This document shows positions 10,340 to 18,874 of a stretch of DNA of 64,000 nucleotides, in pieces. The notes beneath the pieces are model-generated. The model ran no database searches. It saw nothing but the letters and a program-made list of their open reading frames with translations, and was not told where the DNA came from. Origin of the DNA: a virus (lineage: Duplodnaviria > Heunggongvirae > Uroviricota > Caudoviricetes); the IMG/VR virus record IMGVR_UViG_3300029736_000004, one strand, 5' to 3'. Within the stretch, counting starts at the first letter, position 1. Each line of letters opens with the position of its first letter. A program made the position numbers and the translations under genes.

Positions 10340-10692
10340 GCTGATTCCCTTTGCTCTTCCTGGATAATGTTGTTGCAATCTTTCACGCACTCGTTGCAGA
10401 TGAAAACGTTGTCCCCGGCAATTAACTTTTTAACGGTGTGCTGGGATTTGTTGCAGAAGCTGCAATAAAGCGTTGGACTGGCTGATACGGATGGTGCGCC
10501 AGATGTCAGCCGCGCGATGTCGTTCTTGCGACGCAATATCACACGGCTGCACTCGACCAGCATCTCCGGGGATATATCCTCCTCCGTGGCGAGCGCCTCC
10601 AGACGTTCGAGCAAGCGAAATACTTTTTCCTGGGTGATTGCAGAATGCGATGTGGTCATCTCACTCTCCTTTGAGGCGAATGCCTGTTGCAA
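10336..10692 (-). CDS. protein with ClpX-type C4 zinc-finger domain
   Basis: C-terminal [38 protein letters not shown] closely resembles the ClpX N-terminal zinc-binding domain. Confidence 0.55.
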   Translation of the reverse strand: MQQAFASKESEMTTSHSAITQEKVFRLLERLEALATEEDISPEMLVECSRVILRRKNDIARLTSGAPSVSASPTLYCSFCNKSQHTVKKLIAGDNVFICNECVKDCNNIIQEEQRESA

Positions 10693-11146
10693 TGCTGTTT
10701 ATGATGCTGTCAGTGCATGGGGTAGAAAGCTGGGCATCTCCAGCAATTTTCATGACCTCAACATCTGCATATCGAATACCGAGGTGTATCAGACCGGCTA
10801 TGCCTGACTTAAGCCGAGCATTTTCCATAAATAGAACCTTTGCCCGCTGTTTTTCTGCTTCAAGCTCAACGCGCAGCTTCCCTACCGTTAGCGCAATATC
10901 CTCGTTCTCCTGGTCGCGGCGTTTGATGTATTGCTGGTTTCTTTCCCGTTCATCCAGTAGTGCCAGCACGGTTTCTGGTCCGGCCAGAAATTTGAAGGCG
11001 TTGAGCGCATCAATATCCACACCGTAATCTTTAAGTTCCTGTTCACTTAACAAATCATCATCAGCTGGCAACATTAACAGGCGTTCCATTGCTGGAATTG
11101 CACGTTCCGCCGCCTCACGCAGTGCCTGGTAATTAATTTCGCTCAC
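10661..11146 (-). CDS. Ead/Ea22-like family protein
   Basis: N-terminus [16 protein letters not shown]; conserved junction. Confidence 0.6.
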   Translation of the reverse strand: MSEINYQALREAAERAIPAMERLLMLPADDDLLSEQELKDYGVDIDALNAFKFLAGPETVLALLDERERNQQYIKRRDQENEDIALTVGKLRVELEAEKQRAKVLFMENARLKSGIAGLIHLGIRYADVEVMKIAGDAQLSTPCTDSIINSIATGIRLKGE

Positions 11147-11817
11147 TGGTTGCCTCCTTTGCGAAGCTGGGCAGCGAACCTATCAGCTGCATCCGCGCAA
11201 GCAGAAGCAACGGAATCAAAAAATGGATCATCTCCTGTATCGCGCATCGTCAAAGCGAATGCCTCCACCCCTTGTGCCTGTATTTCTACAAGGGATGCCT
11301 TAGATGTAGTGCTTTTCGCCTCGCCTAATTCGTTATGAGCGATGTTCGCTATACATGCGATGTCTATATCTGGATGATTAATTGGGCAATGGCTAAGAAT
11401 TGCCTCAAGTGCTGCTTTTTTGCTTTGGCATTCCGCCACCAGCGCCCCGCAATTGCTTTCCAGCTCTGCAATACACTTTTTAGCGGCCTCCAGCTCAACA
11501 CGCAGATTCTCAAGCGTTAGAGCCTTCTCCACGTTCTCGTCCAGCAGTTCAATCACATCAGGATCGCTACCATCAACTACTGATATGCGCGAATTTTTGT
11601 AATGCTCGTCAGCATAAGTTCGTCCAGTTTTGAAGCATCCGTCATCCTCCATGCCGGAACAGGCATAAACAACATGTGATCCAGATATGCGCTGCATTGA
11701 CATTTCCTCGCCACAAACAGGGCATTTAGGCGCTGGTTTCGGTGAATAACGTTCACGTAACGGATAGTAAAGCTCGATCTCCGCCAGTTGCTCTGGCGTT
11801 AAACCTTCAGACTTCAT
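11143..11817 (-). CDS. Ea22-like protein with N-terminal Cys cluster
   Basis: CPVCGEE...ACSG...C N-terminal motif, coiled-coil, C-terminal [10 protein letters not shown] tail. Confidence 0.5.
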   Translation of the reverse strand: MKSEGLTPEQLAEIELYYPLRERYSPKPAPKCPVCGEEMSMQRISGSHVVYACSGMEDDGCFKTGRTYADEHYKNSRISVVDGSDPDVIELLDENVEKALTLENLRVELEAAKKCIAELESNCGALVAECQSKKAALEAILSHCPINHPDIDIACIANIAHNELGEAKSTTSKASLVEIQAQGVEAFALTMRDTGDDPFFDSVASACADAADRFAAQLRKGGNQ

Positions 11818-12124
11818 GTACTCTCCTTTCGAAATAAACGTACTGATTAATCATTCCCAGGGGCATTTCGAGTTTTTCTGCGATCTCACGGCGGGGAACA
11901 CCACACTGATGAAGCTGCCGCGCCAGTTCTATATCGCTCTGCCGGTATTTGGCTGACTGGTGAAAGTCTCCTTTCAGAATCATGCTGATCCGCAGTTGCC
12001 GCGCTTTAGTCCTGACAGCACCACCGGTACGCCCGATCAGTCTCCCAATACCCTCGACTGTCATAGTCCCGGCGCACTGGCGGAGCATCATGATTTCTGC
12101 CCTTCCCCATCCCCGCCAGCTCAC
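11807..12124 (-). CDS. putative HTH DNA-binding protein
   Basis: C-terminal CGVPRREIAEKLEMPLGMINQYV helix-turn-helix-like segment. Confidence 0.35.
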   Translation of the reverse strand: MSWRGWGRAEIMMLRQCAGTMTVEGIGRLIGRTGGAVRTKARQLRISMILKGDFHQSAKYRQSDIELARQLHQCGVPRREIAEKLEMPLGMINQYVYFERRVHEV

Positions 12125-12732
12125 GCAGAACTCCTTCTAACCAAAAGAACGCCATCTTCAGAAACAATGTTGCAGGACTTCAGGTAATTCATTGCTACTT
12201 TCGGTAATGGATTCTTTGGATCGGCGTTTGCCAGGGATTTCGATAACCTCATGATAAATTTGATCATTACCTTCTGACGGAGCTTGTGCTCATGAGATGC
12301 AGACAGGTAATAGGAAATGGTATGGGCTAAACGCTCACGAAGCTGTTCTGTGCCGTGATATACAGCAGCGATATCACGCAGTGCATTGACCAGTTCCCGG
12401 TAAATATGCGGAGCAACCTGGCATTCAATGTTGGTTGGTGACTCATAAATTACATTCAGCCCCAGCTTTTGAGCCAGCTCGTGCTCTGCACGAGCGCCAA
12501 CTGATTCCTCCCACCCCTTGAGCAAATAGACCGCATTAGCCGAACGCACCATTGCAAGGCAAATATCCATGTATTCGCTCTCGCAGAGGCCAGCAGGTAA
12601 CAGCGCCGGATTCAGAACAATATGCCCTACCTCCATCAGCTCTTTTGCTTTCGAAAAAAACGCTGTGCGGTTGTAGTCGGGATAACCAGTCATCGGCCCT
12701 GCGATGTAAATTTTCATAATGCGTTTTGACAT
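12121..12732 (-). CDS. DUF4406 / nucleoside 2-deoxyribosyltransferase-like protein with C-terminal extension
   Basis: MKIYIAGPMTG...LLKGWEESVGA pattern; start uncertain (ORF extends to 12759). Confidence 0.5.
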   Translation of the reverse strand: MSKRIMKIYIAGPMTGYPDYNRTAFFSKAKELMEVGHIVLNPALLPAGLCESEYMDICLAMVRSANAVYLLKGWEESVGARAEHELAQKLGLNVIYESPTNIECQVAPHIYRELVNALRDIAAVYHGTEQLRERLAHTISYYLSASHEHKLRQKVMIKFIMRLSKSLANADPKNPLPKVAMNYLKSCNIVSEDGVLLVRRSSA

Positions 12733-12927
12733 CAAAGTTTCCCCAGGAACGTTACGCAAAAGTTGATGAGAGCAAAGAGTTCAATGCCCAGCTCAAACAA
12801 CGCCAGGACAGTGAAAAACAGGGCATATAGCAACCCAATTTCTGTACCGGATTGCTGGTGGATTGCACTTATTGCGACAAGCATCATGACCTCCTGATAT
12901 AGCGTCTGAAAAAAGTATCTTCATTTT

Positions 12928-12959
12928 GTGTTAGAAAATCAATTTTGATTTTCTAACAC
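12928..12959. promoter_or_regulatory. operator-like near-perfect palindrome (site B) in a divergent promoter region
   Basis: GTGTTAGAAAATCAA-TT-TTGATTTTCTAACAC between the minus-strand operon and the ref-like gene. Confidence 0.55.
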
Positions 12960-12961
12960 GT

Positions 12962-13579
12962 TTGATCAACCATAGCGGCGATGTAGACAAACCGGGTATT
13001 TCTATGAAGCAAAGCTATTGGGAGAAACAGACACAAAAAGCCCTGCAAAAACTGGCTGATCCGAAATGGCGGGAGGAACAAAGGGCAAAGCGTCTTCAGC
13101 AAGCTCAACGCCTGCAGCAGCGTGCGCGAGAAAAAGCCGCATCGCCTGAATATCGGCAAAAGAAAATTGAAAAAGCGAAGCAATATGAACAGCGAAGAAA
13201 AGAGAAGGCCGCTTCTGCTCCTGTCAAAAAAACTCGCGCGTCACGCGGCCTGAAAGGCAGAACACTCACAGCAGATGAGCGCCGGATACAAACTGCCATC
13301 GGTGCTCTCCCCTGCATTGCCTGCCATATGCACGGACAGCATAGCCCTGTGGTATCCCTGCACCACATCTTCGGAAGAACAGCAGAGAACGCGCATAAAT
13401 ACGTCCTCCCTTTGTGTAAATGGCACCATCAACACGCAGCGCCAGCAGAGATCCGCGAGCAATACCCCTGGTTGGTTCCTGTTCATGCTGATGGAAAAAT
13501 AGGCGGCAAAGCAGATTTCAGGCGGCACAATGCTGATGAAATGACGTTGTATCAGATGGTGACTGAATTAATAAATTAA
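12962..13579 (+). CDS. ref: Ref-like HNH endonuclease (recombination enhancement function family)
   Basis: Basic Lys/Arg-rich N-terminal half plus C-terminal His/Cys HNH-like core (CIACHMHG, SLHHIFGR, LPLCKWHH); TTG or internal ATG start. Confidence 0.5.
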   Translation: MINHSGDVDKPGISMKQSYWEKQTQKALQKLADPKWREEQRAKRLQQAQRLQQRAREKAASPEYRQKKIEKAKQYEQRRKEKAASAPVKKTRASRGLKGRTLTADERRIQTAIGALPCIACHMHGQHSPVVSLHHIFGRTAENAHKYVLPLCKWHHQHAAPAEIREQYPWLVPVHADGKIGGKADFRRHNADEMTLYQMVTELIN

Positions 13580-13590
13580 TTTTCTAACAT
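13578..13590. promoter_or_regulatory. operator-like half-site (site C)
   Basis: ATTTTCTAACA overlapping the ref stop, upstream of the immI-like region. Confidence 0.35.
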
Positions 13591-13909
13591 TTTAAGTTGA
13601 ATTGTGAGATCCGCCGTTGTACATTCACAACCGATTGGTACACCGGTCAACTTTTTGAGACAAACCGTTTGGTTTTTCGTATGATTGCCGCCGCCATACC
13701 AATGGCGGTGCAATATAGGTGGCTGAAAAGCCCCCGTTGACTCACGGTGTTCCAACCTTTATTGCGCCGCCACCAGACCGTGGAACAGTCGATGGCGGCT
13801 CCGAAAGCAAGGAGTCACTACACTATGAACAGCTACTGTCTTTTCCCATCACTCGTTATCCGCCACTCACGCGATAATCTGCATTCTTTACTCGCGCTGG
13901 GGGTGTCAA

Positions 13910-14079
13910 AATGACCGTTCGCTATCTCAACTTTCAAATCCAGAACATCACTGGCGGTTGCTATGACTGGTTTGTCACTCTCGGAAAAGAAGTGATCACC
14001 GGAAAGCTGGATGAAGTGAAAGCTAAAGCAATGGCCTACGCCTGCAAGCAAGCCCAAAAGAAGAAAAGAAAAGCATAAT
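13910..14079 (+). CDS. small ORF (56 aa, Lys-rich C-terminus)
   Basis: ATG with GGGGG RBS; below the ORF-track cutoff; followed by an intrinsic terminator. Confidence 0.25.
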
Positions 14080-14184
14080 AAAACACACAGTTGCGCCCTG
14101 GCATTATCGTGGGGTATATTTCTACGGCACCTTAGAAAAACGGGTGCCGGGATTGGAACCCCGGATAATGTCAAAGGCGACACA

Positions 14185-14206
14185 GACGCCGAAAGCGTCT
14201 TTTTTT
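14185..14206 (+). terminator. intrinsic terminator-like hairpin
   Basis: GACGC-CGAAA-GCGTC followed by TTTTTTT. Confidence 0.45.
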
Positions 14207-14224
14207 GTGTCATGCCATCGCGCA

Positions 14225-14330
14225 GCCATACGTAGCGTTTAGCTCAGAGATCAATGGTAGTGCTGGCTGGGCTGCCGAAAGGCAGGCCGGTTCCCTTTGA
14301 CGCCGGTAGTTCCAACCCAGTCAGTGCTAC
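14225..14330 (+). ncRNA. c4-like antisense RNA (immI-type), approximate bounds
   Basis: Contains GGTTCC, CCTTTGAC and GTTCCAA complementary to TTGGAACC and GTCAAAGG found upstream (14151-14177) and over the icd RBS (14341-14383); local hairpins. Confidence 0.4.
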
Positions 14331-14391
14331 CGCCATTGAGATTGGAACCTCACGCGGTAGCTCCTTAACTTAGTCAAAGGAGGCTGCCAAT

Positions 14392-14607
14392 ATGGCTACT
14401 ATCCCCACCCCAACTCATTCTGAATTTATCTGGCGTTTCTATTCCTGCCAAAAACACCTCTATATCTGCGTCATGGCTGCTACCGAAGCAGAAGCGCGCT
14501 CATACCTTCCCGAAGAACCCTGCATTTTTGCTGCTCGCTTCACTCTTGATGCGATGGAGATCCTCAATTACTGGAATCTGCCGATGAACTGCGTGGAGGT
14601 GCACTGA
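14392..14607 (+). CDS. icd: Icd-like host cell division inhibitor
   Basis: 71 aa with EFIWRF motif typical of P1 Icd-like proteins; AGGAGG RBS; stop overlaps ant start. Confidence 0.6.
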   Translation: MATIPTPTHSEFIWRFYSCQKHLYICVMAATEAEARSYLPEEPCIFAARFTLDAMEILNYWNLPMNCVEVH

Positions 14608-15548
14608 TGAATCTGTCCATCTCTCAAAAAGCGACAATGACCAGTATTGAAATCGCGGAACTGGTAGGTAAGCGTCATGATAATGTGAAGCGTACCATTG
14701 AAGTATTAACTAAAGGTGGTGTCATTCAATTTCCTCAAATTGAGGAAATTGAAAATAAACAATCAGTTGGCCCTCGTCGATTTTCCAAGGCTTACATCTT
14801 TGAAGGCGAACAAGGCAAGCGTGACAGTATCATTGTCGTTGCGCAGCTCTCTCCGGAATTCACCGCCCGGCTGGTGGACCGCTGGCGCGAACTGGAGAAT
14901 GCCAGGGGACCGTTAAAATCAAAAGCCGAAATCCTGGCTGAAATGGCGCAAATGCATCTTGAGCATGAACGCCGGATCAACGCTGTTAATGCCCAGGTAG
15001 CCGAAGTATCGGCACAAGTGTCCAAAGTCGCTGAAACCGTCGAGCAGATCAAGAAAGGCAACATACCAGAAGGTTACATTGGCTATCGCCAGTTAGCGGC
15101 GAAATGCGGCCTGACTGAAGCCAAATGCCGCAACCTGGTCAACGCTTACCGGATCCCCACAGATACGCATGAGTTTTTGACTCCCGACGGTTTGCTTGCG
15201 CGACGCTCAATTGTGGCCCTGGCCCCCTTCCGGAAAGCCTTTAAGCAGGTGATGTCGGAGGCAGAACCACGTAACAAACGCTGGTATCATCCCAGGATGG
15301 GGCTATTTCAGGCCATTCACCATCCTGTGCCTGAAAGTCCAAAGGCAAACCTGTCGTTGCATACCGCCAGAGAGAAGATTAAAACAGGGTATGCAACCGT
15401 ATGCCGTCGAGCATCCTGGCCTGAAAGTGTCTGGGTATGGCCCGAAAGAGGCTCACGGAAAAACTGGCGCACCATTCGCGACGGCAAGATCTGTGCGATT
15501 GATTTACAGCCAGAAGATGTAGCAGCGACCGACTGGATTGTTAGTTAA
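14607..15548 (+). CDS. ant: antirepressor (Rha/Ant family)
   Basis: N-terminal SIEIAELVGKRHDNVKR Rha-type motif; translationally coupled to icd (TGATG overlap). Confidence 0.65.
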   Translation: MNLSISQKATMTSIEIAELVGKRHDNVKRTIEVLTKGGVIQFPQIEEIENKQSVGPRRFSKAYIFEGEQGKRDSIIVVAQLSPEFTARLVDRWRELENARGPLKSKAEILAEMAQMHLEHERRINAVNAQVAEVSAQVSKVAETVEQIKKGNIPEGYIGYRQLAAKCGLTEAKCRNLVNAYRIPTDTHEFLTPDGLLARRSIVALAPFRKAFKQVMSEAEPRNKRWYHPRMGLFQAIHHPVPESPKANLSLHTAREKIKTGYATVCRRASWPESVWVWPERGSRKNWRTIRDGKICAIDLQPEDVAATDWIVS

Positions 15549-15555
15549 TAGATTT

Positions 15556-15580
15556 GCCCCGGTCATGCCGGGGCTTTAAC
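15556..15580 (+). terminator. terminator-like hairpin after ant
   Basis: GCCCCGG-TCATG-CCGGGGC followed by TTTAA. Confidence 0.35.
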
Positions 15581-15586
15581 TACTAA

Positions 15587-15925
15587 GTGACCGGACACAG
15601 CAAAATGTATGCCACGAAAAAAATTGATTTCACTTATTCTTCCGCCACAATTGAGCGGCGCTTCACCCTCATTAGAGAGTTGGAACTGTCAAAAGTCTGG
15701 TATCAAATTCTACTGGATGAAGAGTTCTCACTGATGATAATGGCTGAAAAAGAAGCAATGCCGAATGACCGGCATAAAGTCATTGCCAGCCTTGACCTGG
15801 TGACAAACAGATACTGGGAGACAGAGGAACTGCGTGAAGCGGGAGTAATTCGTGACCTGATGGAGAGTTCCGTTCCCCGCCGCTATCGTGCGGGAAACGA
15901 AATCTCCGTGATTAAAGGGGCTTAA
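15587..15925 (+). CDS. hypothetical protein (112 aa)
   Basis: ORF only. Confidence 0.35.
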   Translation: MTGHSKMYATKKIDFTYSSATIERRFTLIRELELSKVWYQILLDEEFSLMIMAEKEAMPNDRHKVIASLDLVTNRYWETEELREAGVIRDLMESSVPRRYRAGNEISVIKGA

Positions 15926-16314
15926 AGCTCACCAGCACGCTGTTTTTCAAGCGTAGATTTAACATTGGGCGCTTTCCCTTTAAAAGAATGGAAAGTGCCA
16001 CATTTTTCTGTTTTAACCTCGCGCAGAGCTTCGCCATCGGCATTCTGCCATTGATGAGATAACGTCATATCACCACGAGAAGGAACATCCAGCGAGTACA
16101 ACGTGTAAGTTCCCCCCATCTCGGCATACTCCTGGAACACATAGCTCATTACGTCAGATTCAGTTTTCCGGTGCGCGTTATCGACCTTATTCCCATTCAG
16201 AAATATGGCGTTCGGATAGATTTTTATATCAAACCTACCGCACTTCACTTGTAAATTCCCGGCATGAGCGATCAAAGGGAAAGCTGCCAATAAAGCAATA
16301 GCTAATCTTTTCAA
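15922..16314 (-). CDS. secreted protein (signal peptide, two Cys)
   Basis: MKRLAIALLAAFPLIAHA signal peptide. Confidence 0.5.
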   Translation of the reverse strand: MKRLAIALLAAFPLIAHAGNLQVKCGRFDIKIYPNAIFLNGNKVDNAHRKTESDVMSYVFQEYAEMGGTYTLYSLDVPSRGDMTLSHQWQNADGEALREVKTEKCGTFHSFKGKAPNVKSTLEKQRAGEL

Positions 16315-16334
16315 TTCTGCCTCCGCTGCGTAAC

Positions 16335-16955
16335 TTATTGCCCGTATTGTTTACACCATTGCTCTGCCATTTGTGGGGCTAAAGGCCCAGCCACTGCGCT
16401 GTATTCTGCTGTTTTGCTTTGCACGCATGAGGCAGATGGTTTTTTATTGCGCTGTTCCTTGAGTTGTTTTTCATAGGCAACGATGGCATCGAAACCAGCT
16501 ACATCTTCCTCCCTCATGAACCCTTTCTTGATCAGAAACTGCTGACCTTCCGGCACCAATGCTAGAGCATACAACGGCTGCAACAGCTCCCCCAATCCTT
16601 CCCGGCTATAAACTTGAAACTGCATCCAGCTTTTACTTAACGCTGTCATAGTGTCTTTGGTGGAATAGCCAGCCTTGCGTATAGCCTTGTCTAATCGATC
16701 TGCTGAATACGCAAACAAACAGAAATCGCCCTTTCCTGTAAACCCCGGTTCAACCGGTTGCAACGTGATATTTTCTTTTTCGCAAAAGTCTATAAATTCA
16801 TCAGGTCTATCGGTTTTATAGTCCCGCAATACCTTCAGTCCAGCCTCATACTTTGCAGGTAACGCGCCTGCATAGGCAGCATTAAGAGAAACTCCCCCCA
16901 ATATAACCGCGAGCACTGCTCCCAAAACCCTTAACTTCACAAAACCATCCTTCAT
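16335..16955 (-). CDS. secreted protein (signal peptide)
   Basis: Start taken at MKDGFVKLRVLGAVLAVILGGVSLNAAYA; the ORF extends upstream to 17096. Confidence 0.45.
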   Translation of the reverse strand: MKDGFVKLRVLGAVLAVILGGVSLNAAYAGALPAKYEAGLKVLRDYKTDRPDEFIDFCEKENITLQPVEPGFTGKGDFCLFAYSADRLDKAIRKAGYSTKDTMTALSKSWMQFQVYSREGLGELLQPLYALALVPEGQQFLIKKGFMREEDVAGFDAIVAYEKQLKEQRNKKPSASCVQSKTAEYSAVAGPLAPQMAEQWCKQYGQ

Positions 16956-17170
16956 GTAAAAAAACTGAAGTTTTATGTTACAAAAGCAAACATGTACGCC
17001 AAAATGACCTAGGCCAAATTCAGCGCGAATAAAAAATTCAAAAAAATTGTTGACACTATTCTGGAAATCACAATCTGGACAAAATCCATTACGCAAACGG
17101 CTCCCGTTGAAGGTTCTTTTGACGACTAACTTTCAGCCGATGCGCGGTAGGGAGTCATAACGCCAAAGCA

Positions 17171-17194
17171 GGCCGCCATGTGCGGCCTTTTTTT
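17171..17194 (+). terminator. intrinsic terminator in the leader of the 17221 gene
   Basis: GGCCGC-CATGT-GCGGCC followed by TTTTTTT, 27 nt upstream of the start codon. Confidence 0.5.
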
Positions 17195-17220
17195 GTGCCT
17201 GCTATCGTGGAGTAAAAGCC

Positions 17221-17874
17221 ATGCAAAAGATCGCAATATTCAGCCTTTCTACTAACAAGCCGCTGATGGCTACAGCAGTCCTGAAAGACGGCGCGCTTGT
17301 AATTGACAAAGTAAAGCCCCTCCCTGCATCTGCAATTGAGCAAAAACGAAAAATTCCACCAGCAATTGCCGAGCTGCGTAAAAGTGAATTTAAGGTGCTG
17401 GTTGACGAAATCACGCCAACCATTTCAGCCGGTACAGGGGCCAGTCAGGTAACATTAAAAACACGGCACGCCGACGGCAGAGCGGCGATCATTGTCGGCA
17501 TGGAGAGATACCGAGAGCTGAAACTACAAAGACTGCTATCCCTGCCTGACAAGAACAAAGGGGCATTCGAGATCCCCGACTCTATCGTCGATACCGAATA
17601 CAACGGCAACGGTGAAGAGGTTTATCGAGTTAACTGGCAAGATATCCGACCAGAGCACATCCTGATGATTCTGTGCTGCTATGCAACGGTATACCACAAT
17701 GTTGCCAGCGCGGATTACCTGAAACAAATGACAGGAGCGGTAGAGAAAGAAAACAAAGCAGGGATAATGGCCTCGTTCCTGTCAATTATCAGCGATCAAA
17801 AAGCTAAAGCAGGAAATACCCAACCAAAATCGCTGGCCGGGCAAGTAATTGATGAAGATACGGTGATACTTTAA
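17221..17874 (+). CDS. hypothetical protein (217 aa)
   Basis: ORF with GGAG RBS; no recognisable motif. Confidence 0.5.
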   Translation: MQKIAIFSLSTNKPLMATAVLKDGALVIDKVKPLPASAIEQKRKIPPAIAELRKSEFKVLVDEITPTISAGTGASQVTLKTRHADGRAAIIVGMERYRELKLQRLLSLPDKNKGAFEIPDSIVDTEYNGNGEEVYRVNWQDIRPEHILMILCCYATVYHNVASADYLKQMTGAVEKENKAGIMASFLSIISDQKAKAGNTQPKSLAGQVIDEDTVIL

Positions 17875-18210
17875 TCAACTCAGTAGCTTTGTTAACTCCC
17901 TTAATACAAGGTAGAAGAGTAACAAAAACACTGACGTGGATACCTGCTGAGTTAAAGAAGCACTAATGAATTTATTCAATAAATCAATCAGCTTATTAAA
18001 AATATTCATCTTTTCGAATCCATTCGATCGGTAAATAACACCCAGCTCACTATCGAGCTGGTCCATGCCTTAAGATTAATGAAAGTCACTTGTTGACAGT
18101 CAATAAATTCCAGGGCGGCGAAAAAACTCTGTCTATACGGATAGTGCTTGCATTTTGCTCTTTCTGCGTGTAGCGTATATACACAGGTTACACGCACGAA
18201 TGGAATTATT

Positions 18211-18492
18211 TTGATTAAGTCATTTCGCCATAAAGGGCTTGAACGCTTTTTCAAGACAGGTTCAACCGCAGGCATTCAGGCCAAACATGCGGTTAAGCTA
18301 CGCATTCAATTGACTGCGCTTAATACAGCTAAACGCCCGGACGATATGTCTGCGCCTGGATGGGAATTGCACCCTCTAAAGGGGGCGGACCTTAAAGGTC
18401 ACTGGGCAATATCGGTAAACGGTAACTGGCGACTTACCTTCCGATTTGAAGGAGAAGACGCAATTCTAGTTGACTATCAGGATTATCATTGA
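18211..18492 (+). CDS. higB: HigB-type toxin (RelE/ParE superfamily, plasmid maintenance killer)
   Basis: (M)[13 protein letters not shown] ... HPLKG ... WRLTFRF ... YQDYH matches the HigB killer-protein family; TTG/ATT start inferred. Confidence 0.8.
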   Translation: MIKSFRHKGLERFFKTGSTAGIQAKHAVKLRIQLTALNTAKRPDDMSAPGWELHPLKGADLKGHWAISVNGNWRLTFRFEGEDAILVDYQDYH

Positions 18493-18500
18493 GGAACACT

Positions 18501-18782
18501 ATGAGTCGTATGCATAATCCCGCGCATCCAGGCGCGGTTCTTCGTGAATATTTGGGAGACATGTCAGTCACAGACGCCGCTGCTGCATTAGGCATTACTC
18601 GCACGGCGCTTTCCCGAATTCTGAACGAAAAAGCAGGTATTTCTGCTGATATGGCACTTCGTCTGGAGTCCGCTCTTGGAACCAGTGCCGAAATGTGGAC
18701 CGGTATGCAATCCCAGTATGAGCTTTGGGTTGCTTCGCAAACCACTCGCCCAAACATCCGTCCATTATTTTTCCACGCATAA
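18501..18782 (+). CDS. higA: HigA-type antitoxin (HTH, XRE family)
   Basis: [10 protein letters not shown]...[20 protein letters not shown]; GAGG RBS; immediately downstream of higB. Confidence 0.8.
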   Translation: MSRMHNPAHPGAVLREYLGDMSVTDAAAALGITRTALSRILNEKAGISADMALRLESALGTSAEMWTGMQSQYELWVASQTTRPNIRPLFFHA

Positions 18783-18874
18783 TTTCACAGCGTCACCAAG
18801 CCAGGTGGCGCTGCTTTCTCGCATTTCACACCCTGCATACAGTTCCCCCCAGGTTATGACTGTGAGGAACTGTT

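Noticed and set aside
13833-14213. 126-aa minus-strand ORF across the c4-like region
   Set aside because: Runs antisense through the small plus-strand ORF and the terminator, has no RBS, and the interval is better explained by regulatory RNA elements.
14140-14330. Possible tRNA in the structured intergenic region
   Set aside because: No T-loop (GTTCGAATC-like) or acceptor-stem/CCA arrangement; the hairpins and complementary words fit a c4-type antisense RNA instead.
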